Below the pieces are notes generated by a model. It was not told the DNA's origin, did no database searches, and saw only the letters and a list, made by a program, of their open reading frames with translations. 64,000 nt of DNA from the NCBI RefSeq assembly GCF_009914755.1, contig NC_060929.1. One strand, given 5' to 3'. The position numbers and the translations under genes were made by a program. Source of the stretch: the human T2T-CHM13v2.0 reference genome, Homo sapiens. Positions 51,748 through 64,000 of the stretch are shown in pieces. Position 1 is the stretch's first letter. Each line of letters opens with the position of its first letter.

Positions 51748-52384
51748 GAGAAAAATAAATGCTTCAAAATGTCCACATACCAAAATTAATTCACCCACAA
51801 TCTGAATTCACACTTCGTATAAACCAAATATATTCTTTAAAAGCTAGTGAAATAAAATATTTAACTGGTCATAAAAGAGGTAACTGGCATTTCTTTAAAG
51901 ATTTTTAAAAATCCATAAATGAATACCAAATAAATGTTAATATATCACATTTAACTTCCCTTTTCTCTATCTGTCCTAATACATTACCATGAAACCAATA
52001 TATAATCCTGATAAACACATTATTTAAAAAATAAGAAAACTTGTTTAAATGCACACACTGCAAGCCAAATTTTAACAATAAACCATTTTTATAGCTATTT
52101 TTGTATTCCCAACTGAAAACATTAGGTGACTTTGGAAATTCTAATTCCTTTATAATCCAGCAGCACCAAAGCAAACAGTCATGACCCCTTAAGAGGATAA
52201 AATGCCCATTTTAATTAAAGACTAAATTATTTGACTTGGTGTGCAATTTTTGCATCTGTATTTTGAGATGTATTTATAAATCCTGTGCTTTTCATTAATG
52301 AAAAACTGTACAAGTATAATAATTGACAAATAGCCTATAGAGGCAGTCTTAAAAGGTGTCTTGAATTCTGAAGAATTTAGGCCA

Positions 52385-52755
52385 ATAAGAGGAATGAAGT
52401 ACTGATACATGCCACATTATGGATGAACCTTGAAAACACTGTGCTAAGTAAAAGAGGCAAGTCACAAAAGACCACATATTGTATTATTTCATTTGTATGT
52501 ATGGTCTAGAGTAGGTAAATCTATATAGACAGAAAGTAGATTAGCAGTTGCTTACGACTAGGGTAGGAGTGGGGACTGAGGGGAATGTAGGGAATGGAGG
52601 ATGACTTCCTTTGGGAGTGATGGAATGTTCTAAAAATTGATGATAATGATGATTGCACAACTCTGTGAATATACTCAAAACCAGTGAATTGTATACTTTA
52701 AATGGGTAAATTGTATGGTTTGTGAATTATATCTCAATAAAGCTGTTACCATAAA
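52385..52755 (+). mobile_element. L1MB-like 3' end
   Basis: gaatgaagtactgatacatgc...tatatctcaataaagctgtt. Confidence 0.85.
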
Positions 52756-54230
52756 AAGAACTTGGGCTATAATTTCTACCCTAAATATAAACTGTTACGT
52801 ATTATTATCTTAAAAATGGAAAAACCTGATTCCAATACTTTATAGGAGAGAAAGCCAAGAAATATATGCATTAGTCTGTTCGTGCTAATTGCTAAACATT
52901 GATGCAAATATACTCCATGTCTTTGAATTCCTATTGAATTTCAGACAACAAATAGATTTCTTGAGTATTTTACCACAAAACAGATTTAGATATTGGCTTG
53001 ACTTTAAACTTGTGGTGGATATTTCCTGACTTCATCTGAAAATTTAATTAAATTAAATAATCTGTCAACTTGCAGGTTTTTATTCCTAAGTAGCTATTAA
53101 TTTGGTTTATCAATACAAACCTTAATAAAGTATGGGAGGCAACACATATCAAGCCAATGCTAGATTTAGCCATTTTACAATGTTGAGATATATCTAAACA
53201 TCATTTGTATACCATAAAGACACACAATTTTTGTCAATTTAATAATTTTAAAACAACAAAATACAAAAGCTTAATAAAGACAATTTGCAAGTTTTATAGC
53301 AAGTTAACTTTTTAACTATATATGTACAGTTGTATTTTGCCTTCAAAAATTCTGCTTCTAGAGTGTCAAGTAAAGAATATTAATCATTTCTTGACATAGG
53401 TATATAATGTCATATTTCACCACTGATACATTGTGAATTTCATTCACTAATTTAGGTGAATATTAATAATCATCAAATAATTCTAACATATCTTAGTCTA
53501 TGAAAGCAATCAATACCAGTTACTAATACTGATATTTTAACTAAAATTATAGATCACAAAAATGAAAGATCAGTTTTATTATTCTACTATTAATGTATAT
53601 TTATAATATATGAAATATAATAAACTATAGAAATATTGCCATATTTCCACAAATTTATACATTATAGCACTAACTTTGGTATTCAGAGCTAAGATGTCAG
53701 ATAGTTAATACAACATAGAGAGGTAATCATCATTTTAGAAAATGGCCTAAAGCTGCTCTTTGGTATAGCATAAAGTTAAGATTTGATAAATCTAGGTAGT
53801 GATAACAGTTATTCATTATATTATATATTACTTATTATGAATAATTATATAGAACATAGTATACACATATATGTACATATAAAATACACATGTATAATAT
53901 ATATAAATAATTTAAATATGCTCTTTGGTGTTCATTCAATATTATTGATATCAGATAAAACAACGTTCAAAATTCCTTTATTTTCTTCCTGTCTAGTCAG
54001 AGTGATCTGATAGCTTTGCGGATCACAGTTCGTTTTAAATGTAAATCAACAAAATAAAACAATAAGATATAATTTGTAAAAGACGGGATAACATTTTGAG
54101 TTTTTAAAAGTAACTATTGTTACTTAAGTAACTACAATCTCAAACGGTTTTCTGCATAAACCTTTGAGTCCCTGGGACAAAATTTGGCCTAGTGGAAATA
54201 AACATATCCATCATTTTTCCTCTGGCATTC

Positions 54231-54514
54231 TTTTTTTTTTTTGCTCTCTCTGTCACCCAGGCTGGAGTGCAGTTGTGCGATCTAGGCTCACTGCAAGCTC
54301 CACCTCCCGGGTTCATGCCATTCTCCTGCCTCAGCCTCCTGAGTAGCTGGGACTACAGGCGCCCGCAACCACGCCTGGCTAGTTTTTTTTGTATTTTTAG
54401 TAGAGACAGGGTTTCACCGTGTTAGCCAGATGGTCTTGATCTCCTGACCTCATGATCCGCCCTCCTCAGCCTCCCAAAGTGCTGGAATTACAGGTGTGAG
54501 CCACCGCGCCCGGC
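54231..54514 (-). mobile_element. AluY-like
   Basis: TSD ctggcattctt. Confidence 0.95.
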
Positions 54515-55096
54515 CCTGGCATTCTTGATAAACACATTATACATTCTCCCTAGTAAGGTGACATTTCAAGCAAACATGCATCATGATCTTACCCATAAAC
54601 AGTCAGGTCACACCCCGAACATGTTAATAAGTGAGTTAGATCAACCAATTTTCAATATTAATACAAAATCATCTGTGGAATTCTCAAAAATATTTTTACA
54701 AAAATTAGCAGTATGATTTAAACACACGTTGGATTTCAAAATAAAAAATATATAAGAGAGAGTCCAACACTGGTACCTCTCCTCTGATCCTCAAAAAATA
54801 ACAATTTTTAAATATTAAAGATGATACTCCTCCCATTTTGTTAAGTCACTCTATGGCCCTAGTAATTCAAACATAATTATAGACTTTTAAATAGGCTAGA
54901 AGTTACTTTGAAACTTTAATAAGAGTTCAAAAAAGAATTCTACACTGCTGCAAAAAGCATTTTTCTAACCTCTGTTACATTAGCCAATCTAAAATAATAT
55001 GATATGAACTCTTCGAACTACTAATCTTATTAAATCCTGTTATCATTTCTAGTACTAGTCTGATCATTAGCAGACAAGTTTAAAAAGAAAATTTTG

Positions 55097-55420
55097 GGCC
55101 AGGCGCGGTGGCTCACGCCTGTAATCCCCAGCACTTTGGGAGGCCGAGGTGGGCGGATCACGAGGTCAGGAGATGGAGACCATCCTGGCTAACATGGTGA
55201 AACCTCGTCTCTACTAAAAATACAAAAAATCAGCTGGGCATGGTGGCACGCACCTGTAATCCCAGCTACTCATGAGGCTGAGGCAGGAGAATCACTTGAA
55301 CCTAACCTAGGAGGTGGAGGTTGCAGTGAGCCGAGATCACGCCACTGCACTCCAGCCTGGGCGACAGAGCAGGACTCCATCTCAAAAATAAATAAATAAA
55401 TAAAATAAAAATAAAAAATA
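55097..55420 (+). mobile_element. AluY/Sc-like
   Basis: Full Alu with (AAAT)n tail. Confidence 0.95.
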
Positions 55421-57209
55421 AAAATTTATGTTTAAATCTCAAACATCAAAAAGGCACTCGAAGTAGCTTACAAAAGCAAAGAAGAGCCCTGCAGAGAATC
55501 GGGAAAATATCAAGGCGAATTCAGAATAAAAAGTTGGACAGCTGAATGTTGTAGCCAGTGCAAAGAAAGGTGGGCTAATTGCCCAGATGTACTCTACTAC
55601 TTGAATACCTATATATGTGCTTGGTGTAACTTCTGTCATTTGAGGCAAAAGGTAAAAATCCAATGGAGATATAATAATGCAAATGTGAAGTATTGGGAGC
55701 CCACTGTGCGTCATATTTGGGAAGACAGGGCTTTACAAATATAAATACAAAAGCCATGTAAATATTTATGATCGTTTTGTTAGCTATATATAACAGATAT
55801 CTTCTTCTAGTAATTTCATTGACACTAATCAATGTCCATATTTTTTAACAGAAAGGTTTCCACATTCGCACAATTCCTAGTATATTTTTAATTCCTTAAG
55901 TATATTTAAGAATATTCCAGACCACAAGACTCTAAGGTGTTGCACATTTTATCAGACTAAAATGTCAACATATATTAATATAGAACCATACGATTTTATT
56001 CAGCAAGCATGTCATAAACCAAATTTTCTCACCAATGATGCCAGGTAGATAAAGTCAATTAAAGTAAGTATAACTATTAAAAAAATTCAGAAATTTCACT
56101 GTATGACTCAGTTACCCGGGAACTTTTTCTAAAGTTTACATTATCTTACTGGATCTCAAGATTCTAACTCATATACTTTGTATTCCCTCCCTAGAACCTA
56201 ATGTAGAGTCAATGAACATACCACAGATGAAACGTATGTTAAATACTGCCTTGCAAATTGAAATAACCATCATACCAAAGACTATTTCACCTAGCCAAGA
56301 GAGAATAATGCTTCCATTTTGCTTATTGTTTATTGTTACTTTTTATTTTAAAATATTGATAAGAAGTCAAAAGGCACACTTATCTTAAAATAATTTAAGT
56401 ATAATGTTTCTAACCAATTATAAGTAAGAGTATTAAAAACTATAACAGATAGCATCGTATAATCAAAGACAGGATCACCAGAATCTGAGCCCTATTCTTT
56501 CACTTATTAGCTAAGTAATCTTGAGAAACTTACCTATCAGTTCCCTCATTCCTAACATGAGTAACATAATAACACTATCTACAGAATTGTTGCTGGAGAG
56601 TAAAGAATAAAATGGATCTCAAAACAGTTTTGTAAAACTGGAAAGCAATATAAGAATTCAATGGGTTATCACCAAATAATAATTTTGCTTGAGAGACAAG
56701 CTGTTCAACACATAGTGTAATCAATCTGCTTTTTTATGTTTATATATCTTAAAGTATTTCAAATTAAATAAACATTCAAGTAAGTTGTATAACTGCCAGT
56801 CTCCGCCTCCCTTTTAATAAACTTTAACACAACTGAAAGGTAAAAATAGTTAATATATTTTATAACTGATAATGGTCACTTTATTTTTAAGATATGTATT
56901 TTCTCATATGTTTTAATCTTGTTTTAGTATGTATTTTGTTCGGTTAACAAATCATCTACATGCTTTTGATTAAATATTATGAATAGAACTTATCAGTAGG
57001 AGGAAAGTTATTTATTAAATTTCTAAGTCAAATCTTAATATTTTCTTTTTTCTTATTTGGTTCATTTGATGCAAACACAATAATAGTGTAATACATTCTT
57101 TCTCAGTAGTGAAAAATAAATTACCATTTTGCTTTCTCTATACTCATTATCTGAATGAGGCTTTACATAGAACCAAATTTATTACAATAGTGAATAAACA
57201 CAACAATCA

Positions 57210-57422
<213 letters not shown>

Positions 57423-57883
57423 TTACTAAGGTCAGTTGTTAAAACTTTTGAAGACTGAAGTGGGACTATAATTAGAAGCAGTGTTTCTAGGAATAATCTC
57501 TTGCCAATTTTTATCTCTGTAATATCTGACCTAGAGCTCATTTGGTATATTATTGAACTGGTATTTTTTTCCAGTTCCAGCTTTAATGATAATGTGAACA
57601 TATGTGAGATTATCAACACAAAAACTAATGAAAATCATTATTATAAGATATGCCATGCAAATGTTCACCCTTATACTGAAACATAGCTAATCTATATAGC
57701 TTTAACATAAAAGGTATATTCTTGTAATGTATTTAAAATTTGCTTAAGATATTAAATGTGTAGAGCTAAAAATCATATCCAACTAGAATTTCCTAATAGA
57801 AGCAATAATAAAACATATTATTTAATAATAAGTAATTCTATAGCTCTATAGCCTTCTGTTAACAATCTTAGATATATAAACTA

Positions 57884-58045
<162 letters not shown>

Positions 58046-58415
58046 TTAAGTGCTAAAACAATTTTTTATAAATTTAGCCATTGTATACATTACCCCATAT
58101 CACTTAGAACTCTACCTTCAAGGTGCCTTGGTAAAAGGTTTTTATACAAGTCTACCTCAATAAATATTTCCTCCTAGACATGAACTACAGCATGGAAATT
58201 AGAGGGTGAGCTGATGTTTCAAGTTAAAAAAAAAAAAAAACCCTTAAACAAGATTTAACAATCCACTAAAACTGTCATATTATCTAAAAATGAATGATAA
58301 GGTCATCTTTAAATGTATTTTTATGGAACTGAAACATTACTAGACCAATTTTTTACCATTTTAGACAGGTAAATTCTTATCATTATTTACTTCACAGCAA
58401 AAATTTATGACCTTA

Positions 58416-58718
<303 letters not shown>

Positions 58719-59675
58719 TTAAAAATATTTATTTATAGATCTTTCATGTAGACATGCTTCTCACAAATTCTCTAATATATTAAGATTTTTCAAAGAGAAG
58801 AGAATGAGAAAATGCAGTAGTGAGAAAAAAGTCTGTAAATTTTTGAAAATAATCACGTTATCTGAAAAAATTAAACATTCAACTGCTCATGAAAACAAAA
58901 CAAATCTAAGAAATGAATTAATTAATAAAAATAATTTTCAAATAGTCATTTCATATTATTCCAGTAATTACATCTTAATACATTTAAATTTAGGATATAT
59001 ACTTTAAAGAGCCATTTAAAGTTATTTAAAAAGCATCTAGAGTATGAACTTTTCAATCAGTCTAAGACAGCTCTGATAGCCCTGATTTTGCAAAAATCTA
59101 TTCCAAAGATACTTTTGATTATTCATTTTAAAATAAGATGCTTTCATCAAGCTATTTTAATTAGAATCAATTCTACTGCTCTAGAAATCTCAATTCTAAA
59201 AGGCAACGAATTACTTTTTTCACTTAGGTTGGCAGTCTACAACTCTTTATTCTGACAGAGTACTCAAAATATTTCTTTTCCAAAGCCTAGAGGTAAGAGA
59301 CATTCAATTATAGTTGAAAGATCACGATTCCAGCATAATTTGCTTTGAACCATATTTAGCATGGATTGCAATGTATCCTTTGTTTTCTAGACATTTGGTT
59401 CTTCAGTATAGAAGCAGCCTTTTAGCACTATGGCATTTGTAAACACCTGCCTCACTGATTATCATCTTCATTAAATAAACTTGAGCATGTAGAGGTTCTC
59501 TGTATATCTCACTTCCACATCCTTATATTGAACAGGAAATCTTTCTCACCCCCACTTATTAAAAAATTTAGTGAGGAATAATTAGATTAATATATGATAC
59601 ACTTGACAGAAAGTGTAACTATTCTCATTTTTCTAACTTCTTTAGCCTTTCTGTTTTACAAATTGCATTGGTAGG

Positions 59676-60062
59676 TGCTATGGTTTGAATATCTCCTCCA
59701 AAACTCATGTTGAAACTTAATTGCCATTGAAACAGTATTAACAGCTGGGGCCTTTAAGAGGTGATTAAAACTTGAAGTCTCCACCCTCATGAAGGAATGA
59801 AAACCATTGTTGTAGGAATGGGTTGGTTATTGTGGGAGTGGGTTCCTGATAAAAATAATGAGTTCAGGCCCAACTTCCTCTCTCTGTTGTGTGCACTCAC
59901 TTCCTCCTCTTGCCTTCCTCCATGAGACGACCCTCACCAGATGCTGGTGCCATGCTCTTGGACTTCCCAGCATCCAGAACCATATGCTAAGTAAACTTTC
60001 ATTGTTCTTAAATTATCCAGTCTCAGGTATTCTGTTACAGCAGCAAGAAATGTGCTAAGTCA
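59676..60062 (+). mobile_element. MST-family (ERVL-MaLR) solo LTR
   Basis: TGctatggtttgaat...ctaagtCA with 5-bp TSD GTAGG. Confidence 0.9.
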
Positions 60063-60244
60063 GTAGGATGGATAAATTTTGAGAAATGAGGTGGAAATGA
60101 TCATGAGACCCATCAGTTAAATACTCCTGAAACTTCTAAGTTAAATGAGTGTCTTCATCCCTAAAGGTGAAGAGAAGCAAAGACATAAACACCACTTCTT
60201 ATTTCGATAGAATATCCTCCAGATAGTGTTTCTCTATATCCAAT

Positions 60245-60750
60245 TTTGGCAGACAGACTCTCCAGATGGCCTCCATGACCTCTGTCTCCTAATGTTCACA
60301 TCCTTTTGTGATTTCCTCCTTTTGAATATGGGTAGGACCTGTGACTTGTTTCTAACTAACAGAATACAGCAAAGATGATGAGATGCATGTGATTTTGAGT
60401 ATATTAGTACATGATTATGTTACATAATATTGTAGCATTTGTCTAGAGTCTCTCCCTTGCTGACTTAGAGAAAGCAATCAATCATGCTGGTGAACTGACG
60501 CTGGCATCTGAAGACAATCATCCAAAAACTAAAGCTACCCATAACCACAAAGAACTGAATGCTGCCACAACTATGGGGGTAGAGAAGTGGATTCTTCCCC
60601 AGTCAAGATTCCAGATGAGAATTCAGCCCTGGTTGAGGTTAAGCAGATGACCCATCCATGCACAGACTCCTGACCAACAGAAACTGTGAAATACTAAAAG
60701 TATACTGAGTAAGCCACTAGGTTTTATTGGCTAATATTGTTACAAAACAG
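60245..60750 (+). mobile_element. MLT1E/F-like LTR
   Basis: ggcagacagactctccagatggcc...gacctgtgacttgtttctaac...cagaaactgtga. Confidence 0.78.
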
Positions 60751-61023
60751 CTGAAAGCTTTTCCACATCAATATAACTCCAATTTCTCCTGCTCAATCCT
60801 CTGTGATCATAAAACCACTCATGTATTCAAGTCATGCCTAGTCTCTTACTCTGGCTAAACAGCTTAAATGTCCAAATATAGGATTTTATTTTCATTCTTT
60901 TGATCATTTCCCCTTCTCCGACCCATTCAATTTCTCCTTTTTATTTAAAATATTGTGAAAATAATTAGACATTATTGTGCAATAAACACATAGCAATGGT
61001 AGTCCTCATTTAAAATGTATTCA

Positions 61024-61658
<635 letters not shown>

Positions 61659-62219
61659 TTAGTTTTTAAAAATTTTAGTTTGCTTGGCTATCACTCTAAC
61701 AAACTACAAATTATTTGAATGTTAAAACTATATATTTTTATTTATGAATATCCATCAAAGGCATTTTATATATATCATATATAATTATATATTCAATATT
61801 TTATACATATACACATATACTGAATAAAATCAAGAGAGAGAACATCTTCAGTTTCATTTTAAAAATTAAGTTAATCCAGCATAATTAGCTCATTATAAAA
61901 CTATACATTCTATAATTGCCAATTGACTTCTTAATGTTAAGCTTAATGATCTGTAACTACTATCTTTCTTAGTCTAAAATAGAAAACAAGATTGACTTGT
62001 TTTGTTTCAAAATAAAGATTAGTAGTTCTTCAAATGATACCTGTTACACATGCTTTGCTCAATTTAATTTTGATTAGATTATAGCATGTTAGGAAACATT
62101 GCTCATAAACACATACAACACAATAACTTTTTCCCAAAATCAATATATGGATTTCATTGCCATCTGAAATAAGATTTTAACTTTTTGATCAATATCAAAG
62201 TGTTTGAATATATACAGCC

Positions 62220-62452
62220 ATTCACCATTATTTCATTGACCTGCTTTATTTTTGTTCATAGTACTTACTACTTCTGGACAGTTGGCCATATATTTATTTG
62301 TTTGTTTGTTTATTTAGTTAACTGTCTTTCCTCACTAGAATATAAACTCCATGAGAGCAGGGACTTTTTCTGCTTTATTTATTGCTGCATCCCCAGCACC
62401 TAGAATAGCCTTGCATACGGGTACTAAATGAATATTTATTTAATGAATACAT
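62220..62452 (+). mobile_element. L2 3' end
   Basis: ctagaatataaactccatgagagcaggga...cccagcacctagaa...aatgaat. Confidence 0.8.
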
Positions 62453-63497
62453 AAGTAGATAATGAAGATATAGAGACATAATAATATCTATTTCAATGGA
62501 CTAGAAGAATACTTAGTTATCTCTGGGTATTGGAATAAGTAATTTTCAGTTTCTTCTTTTCCTTTTTGTCCTGTATTTTCTAAATTTTCTAAAAGGAACA
62601 TTTATTACTTCTATAAAATGTTTAAAAATTCGTAGTTTGAATCTAATTAGAATAGAAAAAAATAATATCTGAATATAAGATAAATATGTCCTGTGTCAAG
62701 GGGGTTTTCATATCTTATATTTTGACATAAACTTGAATTCCAGGTAATAGGCTAACTGGTAGTGTATGCCTATAAATTCACATCTCTCACTTGACCTATG
62801 CTGTTGAAACAGTATCACAATTAAGATGTTAGCCAGACATTTCTCAAATTTACTAGTAAACACAAAACGTTTTTTTTCCCCAGTAACACTTGCCCAGAAC
62901 ATAGGGAAATACTATTATATTCCCAGTAATGGGAAGCCAGTGAAGTTTTTCAAGGTGTGTGATACAGCCAGATATAGGGGACAGATTTTACTGAAAATAA
63001 GAACACAAACCTGGAGACAAAAAGCATAATTAGAAAGTCAGTATAGTGGTCTCGGCAAGAGATAATGAGGGTCTAAAATAAATAGACTAGAGTTTGGGGT
63101 AGTAGAAATGGCAAGTGAATTAAAAACATTGAAATGGAACACTTTAGGAAATTCTCACAGTAATCCAAATAAGAGATGGTAAGAGAATATCTTTCCCCAA
63201 AAGTGCAGAATTTTATGATAGCCATAAGAATGGATTGGAGAAGTGCTTGACTAATGCGTAAACCATTAAAAAATAAGGATCTGCCTGAGTTAAAATAATG
63301 TGATACATACTTCAAAAAAGAATAATTTAAATATGAAAGGATTAAGAGATAAGCTTTTCAGAATATGATAAAATCTTTAAATATTTTTGCAAAAGGTGAT
63401 CTTCTTTACAATCATAGAGTGAAGGCTGGCATATTATGGAAAAATGATAGAATAATTACATTATAATAAACAACTGAATATTTGAATCCTAGTTTTT

Positions 63498-63787
63498 TTC
63501 TTTCTTTCTTTTTTTTTTTTTTTTTTTTGAGAAGGAGTTTCGCTCTCGGTGTGATCTTCGCTCACTGCAACCGCTGCATTCAGGGTTCAAGCAATTCTCC
63601 TGCCTCAGCCTCCCGAGTAGCTGGGACTACAGGCGCGTGCCACGACGCCTGGCTAATTTTTGTATTTTTAGTAGAGACGGGGTTTCACCATGTTGGCCAG
63701 GATGGTCTCGATCTCCTGACCTCGTGATCCGCCTGCCTCAGCTTCCCAAAGTGCTGGGATTATAGGCCTGAGCCACCGTGCCCGGCC
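63498..63787 (-). mobile_element. Alu (AluY/Sc-like) with a small deletion
   Basis: TSD tgaatcctagttttt. Confidence 0.95.
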
Positions 63788-64000
63788 TGAATCCTAGTTT
63801 TTAAAGAATTTACATATAGTTATACTTACAGTCTAAATGTTGTTAAATATAAGATAAACTTATTTCCATAATGGTTCATTTCATTACTCAATATAAAGAC
63901 CCAACAAACCTTTTGTTTTAATTATTAACTATGGAATTTAATTTCATGTTTTAAGTAGATTCACTGTAAGTTGTCTTTTTCTGGTACCAACTATTCTTGA

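Overview
Primate (very probably human) genomic DNA from inside ADAMTS6, which is transcribed on the minus strand. Three consecutive coding exons (58470-58681, 57896-57979, 57238-57383) encode the end of the prodomain, the furin site RQKR and the start of the metalloprotease domain. Positions 1-57237 are part of one very long intron packed with L1, Alu, LTR, MIR, L2 and DNA-transposon remnants, an RPS2 processed pseudogene and a 36-nt U2 snRNA retro-fragment. Almost every ORF in the supplied track is repeat-derived. I see no evidence of a new protein-coding system. The best observations are structural. (1) A twin-primed L1PA carries an extra templated duplication and a nested second twin-primed L1. 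(2) A candidate UG-repeat-flanked (TDP-43-type) poison exon lies in the intron. (3) The RPS2 retrocopy has an inverted (T-rich) tail. (4) One target site was used twice. (5) An Alu-spacer-Alu composite sits inside a single TSD pair. (6) An Alu/L1 junction has been copied 2.2 kb away. Repeat subfamily names and old-repeat boundaries were assigned by eye and are approximate.
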